The notes under the pieces: model-generated
The model's database searches: none
What the model was told of the DNA's origin: nothing
What the model saw: only the letters and a program-made list of their open reading frames with translations
From: Octopus bimaculoides
Lineage: Eukaryota
Direction of reading: 5' to 3'
Length of the DNA: 41,556 nt
Assembly: GCF_001194135.2 (NCBI RefSeq)
Contig: NC_068981.1
Coordinates: 89,156,155 to 89,197,710 of the forward strand
Position numbers and translations under genes: made by a program
Shown here: positions 26,175 through 34,779 of the stretch, one piece after another
How positions within the stretch are numbered: position 1 is the stretch's first letter
Layout: each line of letters starts with the position of its first letter

Positions 26175-29100
26175 GACTGTCTGACTAAAAAGTAAATGGT
26201 AAAAGATATATATATATATATGTGTGTGTATGAGAAAGTTGGTATGTGAAAGCACGTGGTTGGATGTATAAAATATAAAAAGAGTGAAAAAACTACAGAA
26301 GGCTTAGCTACACCATAGTGAATACATGTTATGATGCAGGTAGAGAAATTTGAAAAGAAAATACGAAACCGGTTATTTCTCCAAAAACAATGTTTCTATA
26401 CCCAAAATTTTATGACATTTCTGTAACATAACGCTTTAAATATGTACTTTAACCATACAACACAAGCCTTCTGTGGATTTTTCACTCTTTTGTATCTTAT
26501 ATATATACCTATATATATATATATATATATANNNNNNNNNNNNNNNNNNNNNNNNNNNNNNNNNNNNNNNNNNNNNNNNNNNNNNNNNNNNNNNNNNNNN
26601 NNNNNNNNNNNNNNNNNNNNNNNNNNNNNNNNNNNNNNNNNNNNNNNNNNNNNNNNNNNNNNNNNNNNNNNNNNNNNNNNNNNNNNNNNNNNNNNNNNNN
26701 NNNNNNNNNNNNNNNNNNNNNNNNNNNNNNNNNNNNNNNNNNNNNNNNNNNNNNNNNNNNNNNNNNNNNNNNNNNNNNNNNNNNNNNNNNNNNNNNNNNN
26801 NNNNNNNNNNNNNNNNNNNNNNNNNNNNNNNNNNNNNNNNNNNNNNNNNNNNNNNNNNNNNNNNNNNNNNNNNNNNNNNNNNNNNNNNNNNNNNNNNNNN
26901 NNNNNNNNNNNNNNNNNNNNNNNNNNNNNNNNNNNNNNNNNNNNNNNNNNNNNNNNNNNNNNNNNNNNNNNNNNNNNNNNNNNNNNNNNNNNNNNNNNNN
27001 NNNNNNNNNNNNNNNNNNNNNNNNNNNNNNNNNNNNNNNNNNNNNNNNNNNNNNNNNNNNNNNNNNNNNNNNNNNNNNNNNNNNNNNNNNNNNNNNNNNN
27101 NNNNNNNNNNNNNNNNNNNNNNNNNNNNNNNNNNNNNNNNNNNNNNNNNNNNNNNNNNNNNNNNNNNNNNNNNNNNNNNNNNNNNNNNNNNNNNNNNNNN
27201 NNNNNNNNNNNNNNNNNNNNNNNNNNNNNNNNNNNNNNNNNNNNNNNNNNNNNNNNNNNNNNNNNNNNNNNNNNNNNNNNNNNNNNNNNNNNNNNNNNNN
27301 NNNNNNNNNNNNNNNNNNNNNNNNNNNNNNNNNNNNNNNNNNNNNNNNNNNNNNNNNNNNNNNNNNNNNNNNNNNNNNNNNNNNNNNNNNNNNNNNNNNN
27401 NNNNNNNNNNNNNNNNNNNNNNNNNNNNNNNNNNNNNNNNNNNNNNNNNNNNNATATGTGTGTTTATGTTTGTGTGTCTGTGTTTATCCTTCCAACATCG
27501 TTTGACAACCGATGCTGGTGTGTTTACGTCCCCGTAACTTAGCGGTTCGGCAAAAGAGACCGATAGATTAAGTACTAGGCTTACAAAGAATAAGTCCTAG
27601 CGTCGATTTGTTCGACTAAAGGCGGTGCTCCAGCATGGCCGCAGTCAAATGACTGAAACAAGAGAAATAGTATATTCTGTGGGATAAAGTGTATCTTTTT
27701 TGCTATTCTTTGTAATAAAACAACGTTCCAGGGGCGAACGAAAAAAATGAGACTTGTTTTTGAAGCTCTTTATTAGTACAGCCTTTTGCCGATATAGCCA
27801 CATTTCTAAAGAAATTACACAAATAGATATGATCAAAAACATAAGGGTGCACGTTTATCCCACGCTTTGGGACAATCGTACATCACCTTTATTTTGTACC
27901 TTAAATACAATGAATTATAAAAGACTAGGTGTGCAAATGATACATAACATAAGCAATACTCTTAAAAAGCATTTAACTACTAATGAGCATAGTAATTGAC
28001 GCAGTGGTAAGTATAAAAATGAAAATTAATACTTTATAAAAACATTTTTCAAGCATTACTATTTCACCAAGGCATCCTTGTTGAAACGCAACCTTTCTGT
28101 CACAAATAAAGGTTTTGCAAGGATTGTATCAATTGCTTCTTTGTCTGTACTTAAGAGATTAGGATTTTGTGGCTCGTTAAGGGAAAGATAAGAATCAGAC
28201 TCCTCAAAGCAACACCTATAGTGCTGAATCGTCCATGAGTCCTGTGCATCTTCATGTAAAAGTTTACCAATATAATGGTATGGTGCCTTCTTTCCTAAAA
28301 ATCTTACAATTACATAGGATCCCTTTACTAGCTTCCCAATAGATGTTTCACTAGTACCGGTGGTACGCTCTGAATTTTCCTGGGACTCTTCAGGGATGGT
28401 AGCTTCAGATTCTGCTTCATCTTCCGAGCTTGGAATAAAGACAAGGTCATCTGGTCCTTCAAAGGAATTGTCATCTAGGTCGATAGGTAGCTTCCTTTTT
28501 GGGTTTCGCTTTCTCTGAGGTTGGAAGTCAGATGGACCTGGAGTAACATCATCCATAGAGATGCTTTTTCCTGGTGAAACGTGCATTATCTGTCCTCACC
28601 GAGCCGCCGCAGGTTTTTTGTTGAAGCTCTTCGAAGTGGCGTGAGATGTTCAAATACAATCTGGCTTACGAGATGTGATGATGATTCTGGCTTTGAAATC
28701 TTGCTAAGAACCTTGTGTCTGTTAATTGAATAGAAACATGTTCGAAAGCCATTCACAGCATATTCTTTTTTGTATTCTATTTTGCCCAGGAGGGTGAATA
28801 GCAGCTTCGGGAAATGAATCTTTGGCTGGGTTGTGTAGAATTTCCCATCACCCATCTTCCACTCAGTAAGAACCTTTCTCCATGCTGCTTTCATTGGTGC
28901 ATAGATTTCAACGTCAAATGACTGCATCAGATGAGTGCTATTGTAATAGCCCCACCTTATTGTAATATGATATTGCTGACTAATACTTTCATCTAGAGAC
29001 ATGTAACATATTGTCATTCTACCTCAAGATATGTGTCACAAATGTACCAGAAATCAATGCTCTAGGTCAATTTTATCATAGGTAGCTTACCCTTAGTGTT

Positions 29101-29603
29101 TCTACTTTCGGGATGTTCACTAGGACAGAAAATATTGCTCTTCGAGTTTCAAGTCTGCCCAAAGGTCTCTTAATGACTCTCACAGGTATCGTGTTTTCAC
29201 ATCAAAATCACTGGAACAATGGTGAACAGATCAGCACCTGTAAAGAAAAGACCGACATCACTAATGTGTGTTATGACAATTTCTAAAAAAATATTCTATA
29301 TAGCTGCACAGCTACCTCGTGAGGTGCACATTTACCCCGCCTCACGGTATATATATATATATACATATACAGTTTTGGCCAAAAGTCACCTGACAGTAAA
29401 TAAAAAATTCCATAAATTTATTCATTCCATTTATGAATGTTTAATAATTGATTGCTGTGAGTTAAAATCACCGTTTTTTTCAACATCATTTGTCTATTTA
29501 TTAGCGAAGTCGCATATAAAATAACTTTTTGTTTTAATCTTGGAATTAGATGGGTTTTGATTAACTGTTAAATGACGTTTTTCCAAACTTGCATGTGTGT
29601 GTA

Positions 29604-29670
<67 letters not shown>

Positions 29671-31051
29671 GTGTGTGTATGTGTGTGTGTGTGTGTGTGT
29701 TTGTGTGCACGAGTTAGTGTGTTTTAAGTGTAAGTGCCCTCAACACATCTTCAATTTCCTAAACGTACACATTCTTGCAGTTTCTTCTCCGTGTTTTAAT
29801 TTGTGTATTAACTTTATATAGAAGGAAATAATAATTTAAACACAGAGGATGATGGGGTAAACAAATTTCAGCAATAAACTCGTCAAGTTAATTTGGATTG
29901 TGTAACTGAGGTGCCTGTGTCAGGGTGAAAAGTATCTCCTGTTTGGCGCTAAGAAGTCTTTAGTATCCTGGCCGAGCCACCTGCAGAAGTTCTAGAAGTA
30001 GAGCCGAACCAACGGGCAGAAGATCTTGGAGTAGACTAAAAACAATTCGTCATGCTTGGAGATCCAGCCTATGGAGGAGGTGCCTGAGGTGCTTGTCCCT
30101 ACGCCCCACCCTGCATTAGTGGGTGTAGAAAATGGAGATGGATGTATGAAAGTTTCTGAATGATATCATAATTTCGTGGTTTGTTGCTCGCGCCAGGGTA
30201 AAAAAAAAAATTCTATTTAATTCAATTCTTGGTAGCACTTTACCGCAATAATCAGAAGTTTTGTTTAAAGTGGTTCGATCGAAGAGAAATGAAATATTCG
30301 TATATTAATTATTGAGTTTTAAAATTATATCGAGAGGTTGGTATATCTTTGTTCCTGTACATATGTCACGGTCTAGATTAGTTGTAAAGTTTATTAGATC
30401 TACTGTTGCAAGGGGTGCTTTTTGTTAATTTAAAGCTGAAAGCCTTAACGGATTTGTAAAAGCTTCACTGCACTTAACTAGCATGTGGCTAATTGAGTCT
30501 TAACTGCGACGTTTCACTGATATCGTTGTATATAGATCTGATCACGATCTTTGAAATTATTGTTTCATCTTGAAGGAAAAATCTTCCTGCCAAAGATATC
30601 TCACACCTTCATAGCCCAAGCATATACAAATCTTTGTTTTATATTACAGCTTGTGTGTATATATATATATATNNNNNNNNNNNNNNNNNNNNNNNNNNNN
30701 NNNNNNNNNNNNNNNNNNNNNNNNNNNNNNNNNNNNNNNNNNNNNNNNNNNNNNNNNNNNNNNNNNNNNNNNNNNNNNNNNNNNNNNNNNNNNNNNNNNN
30801 NNNNNNNNNNNNNNNNNNNNNNNNNNNNNNNNNNNNNNNNNNNNNNNNNNNNNNNNNNNNNNNNNNNNNNNNNNNNNNNNNNNNNNNNNNNNNNNNNNNN
30901 NNNNNNNNNNNNNNNNNNNNNNNNNNNNNNNNNNNNNNNNNNNNNNNNNNNNNNNNNNNNNNNNNNNNNNNNNNNNNNNNNNNNNNNNNNNNNNNNNNNN
31001 NNNNNNNNNNNNNNNNNNNNNNNNNNNNNNNNNNNNNNNNNNNNNNNTATA

Positions 31052-31084
<33 letters not shown>

Positions 31085-31962
31085 TTTTAGGTAAGCATAT
31101 GTTTTCCAGTTCCATCAGACAACAGCAAACGATCTCCATCCTCTGCGATCTTCTGCAAGAGATTTGGCATCGTCTCAGCTCAACCTCTCTGCAAATAGAT
31201 CCTTCAGAACTGTCCGCTTCCATGTTATCAGTAGTCGTCCACGTTTCCTCCCCCCCCTTCAGGCTTCCAATCGTGGGAGGGTTTTGGCTGTTTTGTGGAT
31301 GGCATTCTAAAGACATGACCAAGAAACTTCAGACGGCGCTCTTTCACTGTGATGCATAGTATTTTATGTTTAGTTCTCCCGTAGATTTCTTCATTGGTTA
31401 TTCTGACTTGCCAAGAGATGTTAAGAACTTTGCGGAAGAACCTTTGGTGTAAACATCTAGCTTCTGGACGATTCCTAACGTCATCTTCCACGGTCCACTG
31501 GCGTAGATGGCAATCGGGATGACCAAAGAATTATACAAAAGTGTCTTGCTTCTTAGAATCATCTGATTAGATTGTCACGTGTTTCTGAGTCTCCTAAAGA
31601 TAGAACCTGCTTTTCCAGTTTTGCTCAGTACGTATTGCACTGTGTCATCCCTGTTGGAAATGCTGCTGCGCAAGTATGTGAATCTCTTAACCTCATCTAC
31701 ACGTGTATTATTTTCTCTTGTATCTTGATAGGATTTTCTTCTTCCACTGACATGACTTTCGTCTTTTCTCAGCTGTATTTGTATGTATATTAATAAATTT
31801 GTTTTTATTCTATTTCAGGCTGTATTTCATGTGGAGTATGTTCGTAACCGATCACGTGGGAAGCGCGTCAAGCAAACGGTGTGCAAACGCATTACAAAAG
31901 GCTTCAGTACTCTAATCAAGCTTCGCAGGTTGAACGCTTGGAGATTGTCGTGTGATTCATAG
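539..31962 (+). CDS. Spliced gene for a secreted GH114 glycoside hydrolase (endo-alpha-1,4-galactosaminidase-like), 264 aa; CDS = join(539-744, 5985-6280, 11598-11746, 31819-31962)
   Basis: Manual splicing: 206+296+149+144 = 795 nt = 264 codons + TAG. All three introns are GT-AG with matching phases (AA|G = Lys69, G|AG = Glu168, phase 0 before Ala218). No internal stops. GH114 motifs appear in the expected order across the exons. Confidence 0.93.
831..960 (+). mobile_element. SINE family A, old 5' (tRNA-like head) fragment
   Basis: GGAGTATGGCTGAATTG...GGGTTCGATCC...CATCTTGGGCA aligns by eye to the head of the 17761 copy. Confidence 0.55.
955..2000 (-). mobile_element. Degenerate non-LTR retrotransposon ORF2 fragment (CR1/L2-like RT region)
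   Basis: Minus-strand translations give [21 protein letters not shown] and [19 protein letters not shown]...[19 protein letters not shown] (decayed SGVPQGSVLGP). Broken by stops, frameshifts and a deletion. Confidence 0.8.
2352..2545. repeat. (GT/GC)n compound microsatellite
   Basis: Direct reading. Confidence 0.97.
2763..2950 (+). mobile_element. SINE family A, 5' half ending in a (TA)n tract
   Basis: GTGACTGTGTGG...CCGGGTTCAGTCTCAC...CACCTTGGGCAAGTG...GACGGAAACTGAAG matches the 17761, 34175 and 38873 copies. Confidence 0.75.
3535..3770 (+). mobile_element. SINE family A, 3' half
   Basis: CGCTTGACAACC...CCTGGGGTCAATTT...AGCATGGTCGCGGTCAAATGACTGAAAC. Confidence 0.7.
3996..4422 (+). mobile_element. 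SINE family C: younger copy (4022-4221) nested in or adjacent to an older copy
   Basis: Two passes through GAGTTCAAATTCCGCCGAGGTCGACTTT..CCTTTCATCCTTTCGG; AGAACCGTTA is duplicated at 4012-4021 and 4222-4231. Confidence 0.8.
4480..4909 (-). mobile_element. SINE family A, old near-full-length copy
   Basis: Reverse complement of the family A tail (GACTGCGGCCATGC) and head (ATCACATAGCCA) with an internal CA tract. Confidence 0.65.
4910..5120 (+). mobile_element. SINE family C, degenerate copy
   Basis: TTTCATCCTTTCGGAGTCGATAAAAGAAGTACGAGTTGAACACT...AATTGCTGGCCTTGTGCCAAAATGTGAA. Confidence 0.65.
5306..5684 (-). mobile_element. SINE family B (tRNA-like head, (AAC)n tail), copy 1, 12-bp TSD
   Basis: Near-identical to 16431, 20141 and 36490. 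A box TGGCCCAGTGG and B box GGTTTCGATTCC on the minus strand. TSD AGATTTTAATAT (5293) / AGATTTGAATAT (5685). Confidence 0.88.
5720..5932 (+). mobile_element. SINE family C copy ending about 50 nt before the exon 2 acceptor
   Basis: AGCTGGCAGAATCG...GAGTTCAAATTCC..CGAGGTCGAC...AAGTACCAGTT...GCCTTGTGCCAAAA. Confidence 0.75.
5985..6280 (+). CDS. GH114 coding exon 2 ([98 protein letters not shown])
   Basis: Acceptor TTTCTTTTCAG ending at 5984, donor G|GTAAGT at 6281. Open frame with highly typical GH114 motifs, including EPDN. Confidence 0.95.
6960..7096. repeat. (TA)n-(AG)n-[10 N]-(GT)n compound microsatellite
   Basis: Direct reading. Confidence 0.95.
8380..8530 (+). mobile_element. SINE family C, degenerate internal fragment
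   Basis: ACGTTCTGACTTCAAATT...GGAGTCGATAAAGAATATCA. Confidence 0.45.
9090..9270. repeat. (AGGC)n/(AGGT)n tetranucleotide array
   Basis: Direct reading. Confidence 0.97.
10485..11035 (-). mobile_element. Three head-to-tail SINE family C copies (about 10485-10602, 10625-10832, 10850-11035)
   Basis: Three occurrences of GATGAA(A/G)GGCA...GGxxGAATTTGAA(C/T)TCA, the reverse complement of the family C core. Confidence 0.75.
11598..11746 (+). CDS. GH114 coding exon 3 ([50 protein letters not shown])
   Basis: Acceptor CTTACACTTCAG ending at 11597, donor AAG|GTAAGT at 11747. Overlaps the start of ORF 11696..12061. Contains IGLKND and ESC..Y.EC. Confidence 0.95.
11790..12215. repeat. (TACA/TGCA)n, (CA)n, (CT)n compound array at the start of intron 3
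   Basis: Direct reading. Confidence 0.97.
12606..12660 (+). mobile_element. Terminus of a hAT (Charlie-like) MITE
   Basis: CAGTGGTTCCCAACC directly after CCCTAGAG, close to the Charlie-type NTCTAGAN target. Partner TIR not seen; an assembly gap follows. Confidence 0.45.
16431..16813 (-). mobile_element. SINE family B copy 2, 12-bp TSD
   Basis: Same body as 5306. TSD GCCAGAAATGAT (16420) / GCCAGAAGTGAT (16814). Confidence 0.88.
16910..17312 (-). mobile_element. SINE family A, full-length copy
   Basis: ACTTGTTTCAGTCATT..GCGGCCATGCTGG ... GACACTTGCCCAAGGTGCC..AGTGGGACTGAACCC.GAACCATGTGG ... TACAGCCA. Confidence 0.85.
17761..18180 (+). mobile_element. SINE family A, full-length young copy
   Basis: A box TGGCTGTGTGAT, B box GGTTCAGTCCC, internal (TA/GT)n tract, tail of GTAAAAGA repeats. 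Confidence 0.88.
18665..18853 (-). mobile_element. SINE family A, 5' half (3' half probably in the adjacent gap)
   Basis: Reverse complement of the 17761-17940 head. Confidence 0.85.
18880..19105 (+). mobile_element. SINE family A, 3' half (interrupted by poly-T and a 10-N gap)
   Basis: CATCGCTTGACAA ... TCGATTTGTTCGACTAAA ... CAGCATGGCAGCAGTCC. Confidence 0.6.
19150..19620 (-). mobile_element. Degenerate R4/Dong-like (restriction-like endonuclease) LINE fragment
   Basis: Minus-strand frames give [29 protein letters not shown] and [18 protein letters not shown], the CCHC-knuckle region typical of this clade. Confidence 0.65.
20141..20529 (-). mobile_element. SINE family B copy 3, perfect 12-bp TSD
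   Basis: TSD AGTGATTATAAT at 20128-20139 and 20531-20542. Confidence 0.9.
20870..21075. repeat. (CTG)n-(CTA)n-(CAA)n trinucleotide array
   Basis: Direct reading. Confidence 0.98.
21886..21992. repeat. (CCT)n-(TCT)n array
   Basis: Direct reading. Confidence 0.98.
21993..22305 (+). mobile_element. SINE family D: partial tRNA-like head, unique body, (TTA)n tail
   Basis: CTCACGATCGCGAGAATGTGGTTTCAATTCCCGGACCAGG resembles the family B B-box region; ends in (TTA)n. Only one copy in the window. Confidence 0.5.
22325..23640 (-). mobile_element. 5'-truncated R4/Dong-like RLE non-LTR retrotransposon (pseudogenised)
   Basis: Minus-strand peptides [39 protein letters not shown]...[10 protein letters not shown] and [20 protein letters not shown]...LQKIYLLG...IRKVL. 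Flanked by AAT-type microsatellites on both sides. Confidence 0.82.
23699..25185. mobile_element. Cluster of about 7 SINE family C units (mostly +, one - at about 24115-24318) separated by (ATT)n-type tails
   Basis: Heads GGTGAGCTGGC(A/G)GA at about 23699, 24013, 24358, 24579, 24793 and 25016, most followed by GAGTTCAAATTCC...AAGTACCAG. Confidence 0.82.
26122..26186. repeat. (ATCT)n array
   Basis: Direct reading. Confidence 0.97.
27454..27666 (+). mobile_element. SINE family A, 3' half (5' half probably in the gap)
   Basis: Near-identical to 17980-18160 and 34370-34560. Confidence 0.85.
27670..29349 (-). mobile_element. pogo-like (Tc1/mariner superfamily, DDE_1-type) DNA transposon remnant
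   Basis: ORF 28586..29017 has [29 protein letters not shown]...PKIHFPKLL (decayed LP.NSTH.LQPLDV motif). ORF 28059..28586 is an acidic linker plus C-terminal region. TIR-like TACCGTGAGGCGGGGTAAATGTGCAC at 29349-29324; weaker partner near 27671-27695. Confidence 0.7.
28059..29017 (-). pseudogene. Frameshifted pogo-like transposase, C-terminal part
   Basis: Two abutting minus-strand ORFs (143 and 175 aa) sharing position 28586; the N-terminal HTH and most of the DDE domain are absent or decayed. Confidence 0.7.
29368..29530 (+). mobile_element. Probable Tc1-type terminal inverted repeat (single end)
   Basis: TA|CAGTTTTGGCCAAAAGT resembles Tc1-family termini. No partner end found. Confidence 0.45.
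29595..29708. repeat. (GT)n microsatellite
   Basis: Direct reading. Confidence 0.97.
31090..31775 (-). mobile_element. RTE-clade LINE 3' fragment, antisense to the host gene
   Basis: Minus-strand peptides [30 protein letters not shown] and [23 protein letters not shown]...[12 protein letters not shown]...WKPEG. Confidence 0.85.
31819..31962 (+). CDS. GH114 terminal coding exon 4 ([47 protein letters not shown])
   Basis: Acceptor TTCTATTTCAG ending at 31818. Phase 0 matches exon 3. VFHVEY, C, GFSTLIK and W..C fit the GH114 C-terminus. TAG at 31960-31962. Confidence 0.9.
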   Translation, partial: AVFHVEYVRNRSRGKRVKQTVCKRITKGFSTLIKLRRLNAWRLSCDS

Positions 31963-32393
31963 ATCACATTCAGACTTTTTTCTTCTCTTTTTCATCTCTT
32001 CTATCGCATCACATAATTTGCTTGTGGTACTAATGTATCATTTCCTTTCCTTCTCTCTACAAATTTTCTCTTACCCTTCTCTCTGTCTGTCCGTCTGTCA
32101 ATTTGTCTCTGAGAATTTCTAATCTCTGCTATTGAAATCTGTTGAGAAACATGCAGCCACATACACACACTCACAAAAATAAAAATATTTTTCATCAATT
32201 CATTTCACTTTCTTCTCAAAGAATCATTGTGAAAGATGCAGTTCGGTTGATATATAGGTTAGAGAATATGAATTGCTTAACTATTTACGCAGGTTTGACC
32301 CTCAAATGCTAAACTAAGACAATTCATATAGCACCGGTAAGATAAAGAAAACTAATGGTTGTGCAAATAGAATTTTCTAATACAATTTATTTT

Positions 32394-32399
32394 AATAAA
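32394..32399 (+). promoter_or_regulatory. Candidate polyadenylation signal for the GH114 gene
   Basis: AATAAA about 430 nt after the stop codon; ATTAAA also at 32530. AT-rich context makes chance matches likely. Confidence 0.2.
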
Positions 32400-32964
32400 T
32401 AATAATAATGACATTGTTCTCTAAAAAGTAAGAAAAAAAAAATCAATTCAAGAAGTTATCCCCTTTTTTCATCATCCCAGTTTAATTTATATGTATTTTA
32501 ATGTAAAGATTTTACGCATGGAAGCACTCATTAAACCCCCAGAGGGTACGTATTTTTTTACACAAATTTTCAAGCACCGTTATCATTGTGGTTACATTAT
32601 GAATGATAATTATAAGTAATTTACTTTAACTTTTTCCTTCATTGATTGATTTTGTTGCTCTGTTACTAAATTTTAAAAAAATTTAAAGGAAGTTAATTGT
32701 ATTTATGTGCACTTGCCAGACATCTACTAATTGATTGACTTATGCACTAATTAATAGGACTTGTGCTTTTGATAATTTTTCCAAAAAGATAAACAAAAAC
32801 AAATCAAAAAGTCAGGTGTATATTTTGAGATTTTATTTTATTAGGGATTCCTCTTTTAAATCAATTCCATAATATTAAAATAAATTTATTCCTTCTTATT
32901 TCACTCAGTGTTTCTTTTAATTTCGTATTCCTGTAAATGTTAACCGTAAATTTCCAGGTGTGTG

Positions 32965-33013
<49 letters not shown>

Positions 33014-33872
33014 NNNNNNNNNNNNNNNNNNNNNNNNNNNNNNNNNNNNNNNNNNNNNNNNNNNNNNNNNNNNNNNNNNNNNNNNNNNNNNNNNNNNNNN
33101 NNNNNNNNNNNNNNNNNNNNNNNNNNNNNNNNNNNNNNNNNNNNNNNNNNNNNNNNNNNNNNNNNNNNNNNNNNNNNNNNNNNNNNNNNNNNNNNNNNNN
33201 NNNNNNNNNNNNNNNNNNNNNNNNNNNNNNNNNNNNNNNNNNNNNNNNNNNNNNNNNNNNNNNNNNNNNNNNNNNNNNNNNNNNNNNNNNNNNNNNNNNN
33301 NNNNNNNNNNNNNNNNNNNNNNNNNNNNNNNNNNNNNNNNNNNNNNNNNNNNNNNNNNNNNNNNNNNNNNNNNNNNNNNNNNNNNNNNNNNNNNNNNNNN
33401 NNNNNNNNNNNNNNNNNNNNNNNNNNNNNNNNNNNNNNNNNNNNNNNNNNNNNNNNNNNNNNNNNNNNNNNNNNNNNNNNNNNNNNNNNNNNNNNNNNNN
33501 NNNNNNNNNNNNNNNNNNNNNNNNNNNNNNNAACCTGCATTCTTTTGTTCATCAGTACACGTATGGTCAAGATACATAAAAATAAACAAGAATCAACATA
33601 CCACGATGTAGCCACCACAGAACGATGACTTCTGTCCATAATTATATATCCATGAAAGAGATTTGAATTTATCCGGTTGCATCTCAGTAACATGTGCTTA
33701 TACAGAATAATATTCAGCACTGAATATAATCTAATTATTTATAATATAATATAGGATAAATTCTTTATAAGAATTTATCAAGTAGTCAGCGTGAAAAAAC
33801 CTCATAATGAAAAAATAATGAAAAAAATTTCGTAATGAAAAAAGTTTATATATATATATATATATATATATG

Positions 33873-34050
33873 AAGAAAACTTGACAACCGGTATTGGTTT
33901 GTTTACATCCTGTAACTTGGAGATCCTTAAAAAAAGAATACAATAGGATAAGTACCAAACCTAAAAAAAAAAAGTAGTATGGTCGATTTCTTCGACTAAA
34001 TCTTTCAAGGTTTCGATCCAATGACTGAAAGAAGTAAAAGATAAAAAGAT
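33873..34050 (+). mobile_element. SINE family A, degenerate 3' half
   Basis: CTTGACAACCGGT...GTAACTT...GGTCGATTTCTTCGACTAAA...AATGACTGAAA. Confidence 0.6.
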
Positions 34051-34174
34051 AAATCATCAGATCAGTAATATTTCGCTCGATTGTATGTACAGAGTGGACG
34101 GTAGTAAAGATGGTTGGTTCGTGGATTGCAAACATCAATGAATGTATAAGAAGTTTCATAGAAAACATTGTTAT

Positions 34175-34585
34175 AGGAGTGGCTGTGTGGTAAGTAGCTT
34201 GCTTACGAACCACATGGTTCCGGGTTCAGTTCCACTGCCTGGCACCTTGGGCAAGTGTCTTCTACTATAGCCTCAGGCCGACCAAAGCCTTGTGAGTGGA
34301 TTTGGTAGATGGAAACTAAAAGAAGCCCGTCGTATATATGTATATGTATGTGTGTATATATGTTTCTGTGTCTGTGTTTCTCCCCCCAACATCGCTTGAC
34401 AATCGATGCTGGTGTGTTTACGTCCCAGTAACTTAGCGGTTCGGCAAAAGAGACCGATAGAATAAGTACTAGGCTTACAAAGAATAAGTCTTGGGGTCGA
34501 TTTGCTCGACTAAAGGTGGTGCTCCAGCATGGCCACGGTCAAATGACTGAAACAAGTAAAAGAGTAAAAGAGAGAGAGAGAGAAC
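34175..34585 (+). mobile_element. SINE family A, full-length young copy
   Basis: AGGAGTGGCTGTGTGGTAAGTAGCTTGCTTAC...CAAATGACTGAAACAAGTAAAAGAG. Confidence 0.9.
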
Positions 34586-34779
34586 ATATATTGGACGCAG
34601 AGCCTGGTTCCAAATTTTATGTCAAGACTGAATTGCAGATTTTGATTTGAGAACGAGAGTTGAGAAGTTAGTTTCTGAAATCAAAATTGTAAGAGAACTT
34701 GTCTTAGTAATGCGTACATAGAGTATTCATTAATTATAAGTTCCCTTTGTATATATGTCTTTCTAATTTTGGCTCAAGA

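Noticed and set aside
29830-30150. GC-richer stretch resembling a LINE 3' end (CCCTGCATTAGTGGG)
   Set aside because: Probably TE-derived, but I could not recover a diagnostic peptide or a second copy.
539-31962. Bacterial or fungal contamination as the source of the GH114 sequence
   Set aside because: The CDS is split by multi-kb GT-AG introns full of the same SINEs as the flanks, and is contiguous with them.
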